This document shows positions 1 through 15,400 of a stretch of DNA of 64,000 nucleotides, piece after piece (within the stretch, counting starts at the first letter, position 1; each line of letters starts with the position of its first letter). The position numbers and the translations under genes were made by a program. The DNA is from Emiliania huxleyi CCMP1516 (Eukaryota). The DNA lies in contig NW_005201392.1 of assembly GCF_000372725.1 (NCBI RefSeq), positions 4,521-68,520 of the forward strand. The letters are read 5' to 3'. Under the pieces are notes generated by a model. That model did not search any database and was not told the DNA's origin. It saw only the letters and a list, made by a program, of their open reading frames with translations.

Positions 1-30
1 CCACCACTACCCGCGCGCCCGCGCGCGCAG

Positions 31-104
31 GCACGCCTATGACTGCGACGGCTACCTCCAGCCGCGCGACGACACGACCGTGATCGTGTTGCGCATTCGG
101 AGCA

Positions 105-139
<35 letters not shown>

Positions 140-214
140 CGAGGCGGCGGCGGCAGCGAACTAGGCCGAGGAGGCGGCGGTGGCGGCGGTGGCTGCTGCT
201 GCGCCATTCAGTAA
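31..214 (+). CDS. Last exon of a probable PP2C/PPM-family phosphatase with Gly-rich tail and C-terminal CaaX (gene starts upstream of window)
   Basis: After a CAG acceptor (28-30) the frame reads HAYDCDGYLQPRDDTTVIVLRIRSS(G)n...CCCAIQ*. RDDTTVIVL resembles the PP2C C-terminal DN/DD-T-V-I-V motif. TAA at 212-214. Confidence 0.55.
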
Positions 215-440
215 CGGGCTTCAGGTGCACCGGGCTTCGTGTTGCGGCTTCCCGCGCCGCGGAGGGAGACCCGCCGTGTACCATGTACCATGTACTATGC
301 TTTGCGTGTGTGTGTCACCCGTGTGTGACTGGCTGTGCGTCCGTGTGAGGCATGGTAAGCACCGACTTGAAATCCGCAGTGCGTGCGTGTGTGTGCGGTG
401 TGTCAGTGTGAGTGCGTTGCACATAAGATTTAACCCCTAA

Positions 441-474
441 ACGGCGTTCCTGTCAGTACTGACAGGAACGCCGT
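441..474. repeat. Perfect 34-bp palindrome overlapping the left TIR
   Basis: ACGGCGTTCCTGTCAGT|ACTGACAGGAACGCCGT. Confidence 0.9.
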
Positions 475-489
475 CTTATTTTATTCCTT

Positions 490-853
490 TGTATCGCGCG
501 CCTTGCGGGGGGGGGCGCGGAAAAGAGGAACCTCTTAGCGCCATCGCCATGGTGCTGCAAGCAGCGCCGGGCGACGACGACTTACCGCCTCCCGGTCCCC
601 CTCGGCACACCTCCGCTGCTCAATGTTTGACGGCTCGAACCCGTGAAGCTTCCCCGTGCGCGGGTTACCCCGCACACGGGTCAGCCTGCCAGCCACGTAC
701 CCACGCAAGCGTGGTCCGCGTGCATGGCATACAGGCGTCCGCCAGACAGCGCAGAGGCTAGGCGACCGGGGAAGGACTAGCTCAAGGGCAACACAGCGTC
801 ACCAGCCGTTGGCGCGCAGAACGAGTCTGCGGCCCTCGGTTGGGACGAGTGCG
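490..853. repeat. Dispersed ~365-bp repeat, copy 1 (copy 2 at 10603-10965)
   Basis: Near-identical sequence TGTATCGCGCGCCTTGCGGG...GTTGGGACGAGTGCG at both loci. Confidence 0.9.
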
Positions 854-1084
854 CGACGCGGACGAACCGCTCAATATGGCCGGCAGCTCGCGCTGCCGGC
901 GGGGTTGGTTGGGGAGAACCGGCACGGGGAGGGCCGGCCTCCCCGGAGGGGTCGCCCCCTGGAGGGGCCCCAAAGGGCCCCCCGGGGGGGCGGGGGCCCC
1001 CGCCCCGAGGGGCGGGGGCGGGTCCTTCCGTGTCGCTCCCCTCGTCGGGAGTGTCCGTCGGGATGGTGTTGTCCGCCCACTCGG

Positions 1085-1310
1085 CAGCGTTTGAGCCTCT
1101 GTCACCTTGCCTGCCGCGAGCAGCTAGCTCGTCGACGTAGTCGTTCCATTTGTTGCCGCTGTGACCCGCCACATGCCTCCACGTCACGGTGTGTTTGGCG
1201 CGAAGGCGTCGCCAGAGGGAACGAAGGCGCTCCGCTAGCTGTCCGTTTTGGGGGTCACCCTCCCCATCATGCACGCCGCCGCGTACTCGCTGTCGGTCCG
1301 CACTACTCCT
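1085..1310 (-). pseudogene. Frameshifted RNase H (type I) fragment, probably retroelement-derived
   Basis: VVRTDSEYAAACM in one frame and LWRRLRAKHTVTWRHVAGHSGNKWNDYVDELAARG in another: RNase HI TDS-Y and W-HV-GHSG..N...D-LA motifs. Confidence 0.7.
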
Positions 1311-3606
1311 TTGCAGGACGGCTGGTCGGAGCGACAGCCGATCCAGCAGTCGTCTGCGACATGGCAGTGGCCCCGAGTCATGTGCAGCTGGTCCCGAGCG
1401 GCTCAGGTCCCAGATCGAATCTCGGACCCACAGATTCTAGATTCCTTTAGATTCCCTGGATTCCCGCAACAACGATCTCTTAGCGGCGGCAAACAGAGGC
1501 GCAACTCTGCCAGCAGCGAGGAGGCTCCTGCTGCTCAGCTACCGAGGCCTGGTGGCGTCGGCTGCTGCGTGGAGAAGACAGCAGCACTGCCCGACCTCAA
1601 AACATGCACAACAAGCGGGATTTGTGACTCTGTCCTCGATTCTTCAGTCGCTCTGCCGGACGCCCTCGCTTTGTCGCGAGGGTCACCGGTGCAAGCCGTG
1701 TGGACGCCCAGAATAGCCTCCCCTGGCTTAGCTAGAGTGAGAGATATTGTGCACGTGGTCAGCCTCTACAATATATACACTGACACTTTACCTCCCAGAG
1801 CTCGGTGGTCTAGGTCCGCCACGGCCATCCTCAGCCTCCAGAGGGCCCCCGGCCGCGGCGCGGTGCGGCGGCGTCACAAATCCGACGTCAGTTCACCGGG
1901 ACGCGATCGGGCGATCTGAAGCCCAACTAGGCGTATGGATTGCCCGCCCAGGGCTATCACCTGGACCCCTCAATGGACGCCTGCGGTGCCGCCCCCACGA
2001 GGTGTTGTTCACACCTGTCCAACCATTCGTGCAGCAGGAACGCGCTGTGTGTGGCTGGCAGCAAACTCAAATGACGACGGGTTGCAGCCTCGTAGCTCAA
2101 CGGCAACATTGTGCATGAGGAAGGCTGATAGAAGTAGCACCAGCCACACAACCAACAGCTTCTGGAGAGTATGCGGAGCGCAAGCAGCCGGTGATCAAAG
2201 GCGTGTTGCTGTCGGTGGCAGATTGCCAGAGGGACGCCGGCGCTTCGGTGCGTGGCTTCGTCACAATTTTCCACCGCTCAACTTGGAGGCAGTGTGTCTA
2301 GTAGCGTGCTACACCTATGACAGCGGACCTCACTGGCGCCGACGTGCGACGACCGTCTGGGATCGAAAGACGAAACCGCGTCCCAGGAGCTCGTGCAGAG
2401 CGCGCTCCGGAGCTCTGTGGCGGAAAATTTGAAGGGAACGTGGTGGCTTCCCACCGCCTCTGTATGTGCCCAATAAAGTACTAACACGACCCTCGGGCAG
2501 CAGGGGGTATGTGGCGAGCGCACGGAGGCACAGTTAGGCCGCCGTGATATCGCCCTTCCGGGCACCCCGTTTCGCGGTAGCCGTTTAGGGGTTAAGATTC
2601 ACCTAAATAAATCATCTGTTTTTCTTTTCACTTGCGTGACTGCGAGTGTACTAGCTCACAAGACGCAACTTGTGCCCGATTTTTATAATCCTATACTATT
2701 ATACTACTCGTACACGGCTCGTCACAAGTTAGTTATTGGCATATGCGATAAAGCCGTTTCGCGTACGGCTCTATGGCAAAGTTCAAGTTAGTTCCAGTAC
2801 ATATTTTTTACACGTGTAGGCGCGAGCCTTACTCAAGAAGAGCGCCCACACACACGAAGACACGTATCTGGGCGCAGACGCGCATCCGCATGCGTGGGCG
2901 CTCATCTTAGTTTTAGGTTTGTTGTTGGCAAGTCATAGTCAAGACACAGAGCTCACTCAGAAATTCAGAATCACAGCGGGAGGAAAGCGGCGAGTCGCAA
3001 TTCCTGGGGTCCTTGTGGCGGGCCACCCTGTTCAGAAAGGCATGGATGCCAATCTGNNNNNNNNNNNNNNNNNNNNNNNNNNNNNNNNNNNNNNNNNNNN
3101 NNNNNNNNNNNNNNNNNNNNNNNNNNNNNNNNNNNNNNNNNNNNNNNNNNNNNNNNNNNNNNNNNNNNNNNNNNNNNNNNNNNNNNNNNNNNNNNNNNNN
3201 NNNNNNNNNNNNNNNNNNNNNNNNNNNNNNNNNNNNNNNNNNNNNNNNNNNNNNNNNNNNNNNNNNNNNNNNNNNNNNNNNNNNNNNNNNNNNNNNNNNN
3301 NNNNNNNNNNNNNNNNNNNNNNNNNNNNNNNNNNNNNNNNNNNNNNNNNNNNNNNNGGTGGGGGCGAGGGGCGGCGAAGGAGAGGGTTGCGGCGGGAAAG
3401 GCAGCGTGGAGGCTGGCGGAGGTGTGGGGGAGGTGGAGGGCGGCGGCGGCGTGGGCGAGGTGGAGGGCGGCGGCGGGCGGCGTGAGTGACGGCGGCCGCA
3501 GTGTGGAGGAGAGGTGGGGGGGAGGGCGGCTCATCTTAGTTAATACTCGCGTCCACACATGCAGGTGCGTACGTGGGCTCGGTGCACATGAGCACTTAGA
3601 GGGGCG

Positions 3607-4489
3607 CTGAGGGAGGGTGTAGAGGATGTAGAGTGTAGAGCGCTGTAGAGCTGTAAAGATGTAGAGCGCTCTGGAGCGCTGTAGAGCTGTAGAGCTCTAC
3701 ATCCGGCGCGTGACGATGCGCCTCCGTTGTAGAGCGATGTAGAGGCGCTCTACAACGTGAAATCTCTACAACAAACTCTACATCATAAGCGGCGAACGAG
3801 GCACGGTCGCTCTCCGACATGAGGCGCGTTGCACTTGCCAGTGCTGCCCTGGCCTTCTGTCTGCCCGCCCAATGGGTGGCAGGTGCCTCTGCTGCTGTGG
3901 CATGCCTCACGGCTGCGACTGGCCGGCGCCTCGGCGCGTCAGCTCGGCTCGGCGTAGCGATAGTGGCCAGCGCAACTCGCCTGGACTCAACGCTCAGCCA
4001 GGAGCTCCCGCACGCGCTGGCGCGAGTCATGGCGCATGCAACGCGTCTAAATGCTCTCCTCGCCTCGCGCAAATGCGACCGTCCTCGCAGCCGACAGTCC
4101 ACCGCCTGCTAAAGAAGCACAGCGACGAATGCGGCACCGGCGACACATGGCAGGCTGGTCATGACGCAGTTATAGGGTGTTGTGTGCCGTCGGAGTGACT
4201 CTCTGTGCGTCAGGGATAGTCAGGGCTGTCCATCAGAGCTCCAGTAAGCTCGGAGACACCCCATATTAGCGCGGCTCGACCTCTTTGAGTCACTGCCTTC
4301 CCGGCGGTTTGGCTGTAGAGCCTCTACAACAAACTCTACAGCAAAATCGCGCTCTACATCGCTCTACAACGGAGGCGCATCGTCACGCGGCGGATGTAGA
4401 GCTCTACAGCTCTACAGCGCTCCAGAGCGCTCTACATCTCTACAGCTCTACAGCGCTCTACACTCTACATCCTCTACACCCTCCCTCAG
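3607..4489. mobile_element. MITE/foldback-like element with ~140-bp TIRs built from TGTAGAG units and 8-bp TSD
   Basis: CTGAGGGAGGGTGTAGAGG... (3607) versus ...CCTCTACACCCTCCCTCAG (4489); GAGGGGCG flanks both sides (3599-3606, 4490-4497). Confidence 0.85.
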
Positions 4490-4577
4490 GAGGGGCGGCG
4501 AGGGGCGCGAGCCTTAGCGAAGATACGCGCCTACCGCGCAAAAAGAATTCGAGCCGACGCTCCGTTGTGATCCAGGC

Positions 4578-9140
<4,563 letters not shown>

Positions 9141-9469
9141 GCCGGCAGGGGCGCAGCTGCAGCTCCAGTGCAGGCCCGCGTGGACTGTGGTCCCAGCACG
9201 CGCAGGTGGCAGGTCCCAGTTGCGCAGCACCAGCAGGTGCAGGGTGCAGCGTGCAGGGCGAGCAAGTAAAGAAGCAGAGTACTCGCACGATTTCGAAAAA
9301 GAAAGTCTAAGAGCTCCGCATTCATATTTCATTGATAGACCACATATGAGCATAGATTTAGTGGGGCACGGTTCACTCTCCCTGTGCACAAGAGACATAC
9401 CGACTGATCTGTACTGGCCGACGTGTCTGTACTGCACGCCGGGGCCGGCCGGGCGAGCCAGGCTCGTCG

Positions 9470-9826
9470 TTTTGACACGATCCGACCCTGCGACCCTGGC
9501 GCTGCTACTCTAGCTATCAGACATGCACTGCTGACTGCTGCCACAATGTGCCATTTCGAGGCGCACTTCAGAGCTGTCGATGGCGCGATGCCGCACTGGT
9601 CCCACATTTTGGTCACACGAGACCACACCAAGTTTTCCGGTCCAAGAGAGAGGCACTGGTGGCGCTGTCCTGAGAAGGTGCATGCTCTCTCTTGACTGCC
9701 CACAATGTGCGCGAGGCTGTGTAGGCATAGTCGTCTACACTGAATGCTGAAGACTATCTACAGATAAGGCCGCGAGCTAATTACGCAGGTGGTCAATTGT
9801 GCAGCAGTCAGCAGCGCCGACAGGCT
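9470..9826. repeat. Dispersed repeat, copy 1 (inverted, indel-diverged copy at ~39623-40088)
   Basis: TTGACACGATCCGACCCTGCGACCCTG...CTAGCTATCAGACATGCACTGCTGACTGCTGCCACAAT...AGCAGCGCCGACAGGCT shared in opposite orientation. Confidence 0.85.
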
Positions 9827-10602
9827 AAAAAGAAAATATAAATGCCGCAAAAAAATCTCTCTAGAGCCTCTGGGGGACCGAGCCTATGGGGGACCCCATC
9901 TCCCCCCTCCATGGGTGGTAGCGGCGTGGCGTGGAGCGGTTGCGCATCCCTCCGGGGGCCCACCTCTGCGCCGGGGAGGCGTTGTTGGAGGCTAGGACGC
10001 AAGCGTCCGTCGCCCTTTTCAAACTCGGGGCCCACTCCGCTACGCTCCGACCCGAATTTGGAGGGCCTAAAAAGTTTAAGGTGTTGCTGCGCAACAGGGG
10101 TCGGACACAGGGGTTGTACCGGTTCTGGCTTGTCAGGGCGCCGTGCGTGGCTGGTCAGAGCAGTCCTGCCTCCCAACGCTCGCCAGATTGCCGCAGCCAA
10201 CCCGGTCTCGCTGAAAAGAAGAAAGTTTGGCCCAACGGAACTGGCGCGCACTGGCACTAACTCGAAACCATGTCAGCAGTCAGCCTTGGAATGTTGTAAG
10301 CGCCACATAAACTGAATTCGGCGCGGTGCCGTCCCTGTCTTGCCTCGCTCGCAAGAGCCTTGATCTCCGCCTTCACACACACCCGCCCCCGCTCTCGGGC
10401 TCGAGTTCTCGGGCCCTGGCTCGGGCATCTCAGACCCCAGAGCGCTTGGAGCACCACCCACAGCTCTGGCCACTCGCTGGGTCCACTGTGGCGTCGATCC
10501 TCCCAGGTACATACATACACGAGAGAGAGAGAGAGAGATCCCCTTTCTCCCATCAAGATAAGAGAATTCTTTTTTGGGACCATCGCTTTGCTGAGAGATG
10601 TG

Positions 10603-10965
10603 TGTATCGCGCGCCTTGCGGGGGGGGCGCGGAAAAGAGGAACCTCTTAGCGCCCTCGCCATGGTGCTGCAAGCAGCGCCGGGCGACGACGACTTACCGC
10701 CTCCCGGTCCCCCTCGGCACACCTCCGCTGCTCAATGTTTGACGACTCGAACCCGTGAAGCTTCCCCGCGCGCGGGTTACCCCGCACACGGGTCAGCCTG
10801 CCAGCCACAAATCCACGCAAGCGTGGTCCGCGCGCATGGCATACAGGCGTCCGCCAGACAGCGCAGAGGCTAGGCGACCGGGGAAGGACTAGCTCAAGGG
10901 CAACACAGCGTCACCAGCCGTTGGCGCGCAGAACGAGTCAGCGGCCCCCGGTTGGGACGAGTGCG
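10603..10965. repeat. Dispersed ~365-bp repeat, copy 2
   Basis: Matches 490-853; ends ~75 bp before the RAP-gene ATG. Confidence 0.9.
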
Positions 10966-11040
10966 ATCAGGCGCCTAAATCTAGTTTTAGACGCCGTCCC
11001 GGGGCCCGGGGCATGTTGTTCCTGTTGCGAGCAAACTCTG

Positions 11041-13410
11041 ATGTCGCATCGGAGCGAGGAGCGTCGCTGGCGTGATGATCAACGGCGCGCCGAGTACGGA
11101 CGCGAAGAGCGGCGATGGCGGGGCGAGCCGCGACGGCGGTCGCGATCGCGCGATGAGCCGCGGCGGGATGAGCTGCGACGGCGCAACGAGCGTTGGCAAG
11201 GCGAGCCGCACCATGACGGGCGGCATGACGAGCGGCGCGGCTACAACGCCTCTTGGTGCAGTGGCCGCGAGCAGCGATGGCACGCTGAGCCACACGCCGC
11301 TGAGCGATGGCGCGACGAGCCATTGCGAGGCGAGCGATGGCCGCATCATGACGGGCGGCACGTTGAGCGGCGCGGCTGCAACGACCGACCAAGCATGGGC
11401 GAGCGCGAGCGCGACTTGTACGATCGGCGCGATGATCGGTCCCACGATCCCAGGCGCGACCATGACCGGCGCGACCGCCGCGGCGAGGGGCAGCCTCAGC
11501 ACAGCGACCGCCGGTTGAGTCCGCCGATGCGTGGTGCGGGATCGCGCGACGAGAGGCACACCTCTGCTGCCGGAGGTCAGCTCGATGCTAAGCAGCTCAG
11601 CGGCCGTATCTCGCATGCCAGCGGCGCCGACGAGCTGCTCAGGCTCTTTGCTGCCCACAGCGCGATCTTGAACCACATCCACGCTGCGAACCTGTGGAAC
11701 AAACTGGGCAAGCAGCGCATCGAGCGGCGGCACGAGGGGCGGCTTGAGCAGCTGGTGCAGCGCACGCTCGACCTGGTTTCTTCGTGCCGAGCACGCGAGC
11801 TGGCCAACGTGTCTCACGGCGTTGCAAGGTGCGGCCTGCAGGCGAGGGTGGTGCACCCGTTGTTCGTAGCGGTGGCGGAGGCGGCGGTGCGGAGCGGGCT
11901 GGCTGGCTTCAACCCTCAGGACATGGCCAACACGGTGTGGGCGTATGTGACGGCGGGCGTGGCTGCAGACGCGCTGTACGCGGCGGTGGCGGAGGCGGCG
12001 GTGCGCAGCGGGCTGGCTGGCTTCAAGCCTCAGGAACTGGCCAACACGGTGTGGGCGTATGCGACGGCGGGCGTGGCTGCAGACGCGCTGTACGCGGCGG
12101 TGGCGGAGGCGGCGGTGCGCGGCGGGCTGGCCGGTTTCAACCCTCAGAACCTGGCCAACACGGTGTGGGCGTATGCGACGGCGGGCGTGGCTGCAGACGG
12201 GCTGTACGAGGCGGTGGCGGAGGCGGCGGTGCGCGGCGGGCTGGCCGGCTTTACGCCTCAGGACATGGCCAACACGGTGTGGGCGTATGCGACGGCGGGC
12301 GTGGCTGCAGACGCGCTGTACGCAGCGGTGGCGGAGGCGGCGGTGCGCAGCGGGCTGGCTGGCTTCAACCCTCAGAACCTGGCCAACACGGTGTGGGCGT
12401 ATGCGACGGCGGGCGTGGCTGCGGACGCGCTGTACGCGGCGGTGGCGGAGGCGGCGGTGCGGAGCGGGCTGGCTGGCTTCAAGCCTCAGGACCTGGCCAA
12501 CACGGTGTGGGCGTATGCGACGGCGGGCGTGGCTGCGGACGCGCTCTACGAGGCGGTGGCGGAGGCGGCGGTGCGCAGCGGGCTGGCTGGCTTCAAGCCG
12601 CAGGACCTGGCCAACACAGTGTGGGCGTATGCGACGGCGGGCGTGGCTGCGGACGCGCTCTACGAGGCGGTGGCGGAGGCGGCGGTGCGCGGCGGGCTGG
12701 CCGGCTTTACGCCTCAGGACATGGCCAACACGGTGTGGGCGTATGCGACGGCGGGCGTGGCTGCAGACGCTCTGTTCGCGGCGGTGGCGGAGGCGGCGGT
12801 GCGCAGCGGGCTGGCTGGCTTCAAGCCGCAGGCGCTGGCCAACACGGTGTGGGCGTTTGCGACGGCAGACCAGTACCACGCGCTGCTGTTCGCCGAGTGC
12901 TCGCGCGTGGTCAGCGGCTCCCTTTGGGAGGGTCCGTCGGGTTATGGCATCGAGGAGCGCCGTCAGCTGCACCAGTGGCAGCTCTGGCTCTTTTTGGAAC
13001 ACGCCGCAGACGCGCAGCAGCACCTTCTCTCCGAGTCCGAGCGGCGGCTCTGCTGCGACGCCATGCACGATACACAAGTGAGGGTCTCGGCGCTGCAGCG
13101 CTCCGTCGCGGCTGCCCTCGCCGCCGTCCGTTTCGGCTTCGAGGAGGAGTACGTCGAGCCGCGCACCGGCTACTCGCTCGACCTGGCGCTGCCCTCTTCA
13201 CGCATCGCGATCGAGGTGGACGGCCCGACTCACTTCCTGCTGCCCGACGGCCGGGGTGTGCGCAAACCCAACGGGCACACGCTAATCAAGCGGCGCCTCC
13301 TCGCGGCGGCCGGCTGGCGGGTGATCAGCGTTCCGTTCTTCGAGTGGGACGGCTTGCATTCGGCCGGTGAGCGGCAAGCCTACCTGGAGTGGGTGGTCGC
13401 CTCGCAATAG
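11041..13410 (+). CDS. Intronless helical-repeat (38-aa OPR/FASTK-like) protein with C-terminal RAP domain and R/D-rich N-terminus
   Basis: Nine 38-aa repeats GFxPQxLANTVWAYATAGVAADALYxAVAEAAVRxGLA; RAP motif GYSLDLAL...IAIEVDGPTHF...IKRRLL...GWRVISVPFFEW; first ATG at 11041. Confidence 0.9.
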   Translation: MSHRSEERRWRDDQRRAEYGREERRWRGEPRRRSRSRDEPRRDELRRRNERWQGEPHHDGRHDERRGYNASWCSGREQRWHAEPHAAERWRDEPLRGERWPHHDGRHVERRGCNDRPSMGERERDLYDRRDDRSHDPRRDHDRRDRRGEGQPQHSDRRLSPPMRGAGSRDERHTSAAGGQLDAKQLSGRISHASGADELLRLFAAHSAILNHIHAANLWNKLGKQRIERRHEGRLEQLVQRTLDLVSSCRARELANVSHGVARCGLQARVVHPLFVAVAEAAVRSGLAGFNPQDMANTVWAYVTAGVAADALYAAVAEAAVRSGLAGFKPQELANTVWAYATAGVAADALYAAVAEAAVRGGLAGFNPQNLANTVWAYATAGVAADGLYEAVAEAAVRGGLAGFTPQDMANTVWAYATAGVAADALYAAVAEAAVRSGLAGFNPQNLANTVWAYATAGVAADALYAAVAEAAVRSGLAGFKPQDLANTVWAYATAGVAADALYEAVAEAAVRSGLAGFKPQDLANTVWAYATAGVAADALYEAVAEAAVRGGLAGFTPQDMANTVWAYATAGVAADALFAAVAEAAVRSGLAGFKPQALANTVWAFATADQYHALLFAECSRVVSGSLWEGPSGYGIEERRQLHQWQLWLFLEHAADAQQHLLSESERRLCCDAMHDTQVRVSALQRSVAAALAAVRFGFEEEYVEPRTGYSLDLALPSSRIAIEVDGPTHFLLPDGRGVRKPNGHTLIKRRLLAAAGWRVISVPFFEWDGLHSAGERQAYLEWVVASQ

Positions 13411-13879
13411 TAGTCTACTCTTGTACCACCGAGCGCGGCCCCCCCAGAGAAAAGCTGTGTGAGAGAGAGCCCGCGGCGACAACATATCTCATATGTGTAG
13501 AGCCGTACTGTAGTCCGTGTTTACAAGTTGCGGGACATCTTTCTTCTTACATCAGACTTGTGTGAGGAGAGTGAGGTACACCGCACGTACTCGTACTGTG
13601 GTGCCCCAAAACAGCCAACACGCAACAGGGTTCGAGGGTGTACACTCCTTATCTTCGTACTTCGAATAAAATTGCATGTCGCCGCCTGCATATCTCGCCG
13701 CCTGCATGTCGCCGCCTGCATAAAATTGCATGTCTCCGCCTTCGGCCTCCCCGCCGCCCGCCTCCGCGCCAGGCCTCCACGGCCCGCCGCCCATCCAAGC
13801 GCCTCCTGAGCGGCATGCGGCCGGCGGCGGTCCGCCTGGTGGGGCCAGCGGCGGCCCGTCTGGCGAGGCCGGCACCGCG

Positions 13880-15400
13880 GACCAGCTCGCTGCTCTGGAA
13901 GCGATGGAGGTATACCACATTCTCGATGGTCGACCCGGCGTCGAGACTTTTCGCTCCGCCCGACCAGGGCCGCTTTCCGCGGCTGCACTACGAGCTTTAC
14001 GGCTCCGGCGTGCCGCCGACCGGTTGTGACGGCCGCCCGTGGCAGGCCCTGGACGCAGATGCCACCGGCGACTGCGTGGTTGCGTCGTGCGGTTGGCAGC
14101 TGCAGCGCGTCTTGGAGCCGGCCGTGCTTGAGGCGGCGGGGTTCGGGGCGGGCGGAGGCGTGCGGGCGGATTGCAGCTCTCTGCGGCAGGCAGTCCGCCA
14201 GCATTTGTCCGTACCCGAAGTCCTCGGGCGCCGCCTCAGTCAACCGTACGATGTGGGCGGCGCTGGCGTCGTCTTGACCGTCCGCGACGCGCTCCTGGCA
14301 GCGCACGCCGCTTGGCCTTCGGCGGCATCCGGCACGGCGACGGCGGCGGCGGCCGAGCGGTGGCGGACGCCGGGGGTGCGATGAGCGAAGGGTAGGTGGC
14401 CGCGCGCATCGCTGCGGCGGAGGACGCGGACCTAGCCGCCTTTCTCGAGGGCGTCGGTGGGCGGCAGTACGGGTGCGACGGCTTTCTCCTCGGGGTTGCC
14501 GACCTCTTCCACGTAGCCATCGTGGTTGACTCGTTTTCTGCGCCCGGGGCGAGGCGGACGGACGTCTTTTGGCCCACCGACGTGGCCACCGTCCGAGCCG
14601 GCCTGCACCTCTTCCTGGAGCGGGACGGGCACTGTGTCGGTATCGCCCGTGTGGGCGGCGCCCCGGAGGTCCTCGGCAGGGACCGCCAGCTTCGCCCAGC
14701 GAGGCCGGGGCCGCCCTCGGCATCGGCACAGCGCTCCGAGACGACGCGCCGGGGCCGGGCCCTTCGGGCAGCGCTGCGGCCTCGGCGACGGGCGCGGCTG
14801 GCGACGCGGCGACGCCTATCGACGTCGACGCCCCGTCGCCGTCCGGGCCATCCCGGCCGCAACCGCCGCCATCCGACGACGTTTGCCCTGTTTGCCCCGA
14901 GGACGACGACGTCGATGGCGGTGGTGGCGACGACCTCGACGAGGGCGTGCCCTCGGCCTTCCGCCCGCAGGGGGTGCCTGAGGTCCGCTGCCCCCATTTC
15001 TCCCTCACCGACCCTACCGTCGCTGTTGGGTGCTCCCGCTGTCTGCCGACTTGGGCGGGCCCTCGAGGTTTTGGCAACGCAGACGAGGCGCGCTCCTTCA
15101 CCTGCCTCGCCGCCCACCTCAACAGCGAGTCCGCTTCGCATCAGCTTGGCGCCGACCTCTTCGAGACGGAGTGCCTGGACATGGGCGTAAACCAGTGCCC
15201 GCTCCCCGGATGCCGCAGATGGTGCGCGACCGTGGGAGCCAAGTGCGGCCTTTATCAGCACCTCTTCAAGTGCGACCAATCCTACCGAGGCGAAGCGGGC
15301 GACCCGCGTTGGCAGGATGGGCGCGAGGGCTTCATGCGGCTTCTGCAGCAGCGGGCTCGACCGGGCTCGGCGGCGCACTACTTTCGGACCGGCAAGCAGC
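13880..15400 (+). pseudogene. Degenerate TE-like ORF with OTU-like cysteine protease and Cys/His zinc-finger segments
   Basis: LDADATGDCVVASC...LRQAVRQHL; YGCDGFLLGVADLFHVAIVV...LFLERDGHC; CPLPGC...GLYQHLFKC; spread over three frames with stops. Confidence 0.35.

Larger units (their letters stand above)
434..2591. mobile_element. Non-autonomous piggyBac-like DNA transposon (TTAA TSD, 12-bp TIR)
   Basis: TTAA (430-433) + CCCCTAAACGGC (434-445) ... GCCGTTTAGGGG (2580-2591) + TTAA (2592-2595). No transposase ORF visible. Confidence 0.75.

Noticed and set aside
11900..12870. Regular 114-bp repeats resembling a CRISPR array
   Set aside because: They are in-frame coding repeats without unique spacers; eukaryotic context and no cas genes.
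10987..13077. 696-aa antisense ORF and 528-aa alternate-frame ORF over the RAP gene
   Set aside because: Shadow ORFs caused by high GC and the repeats; no motifs.
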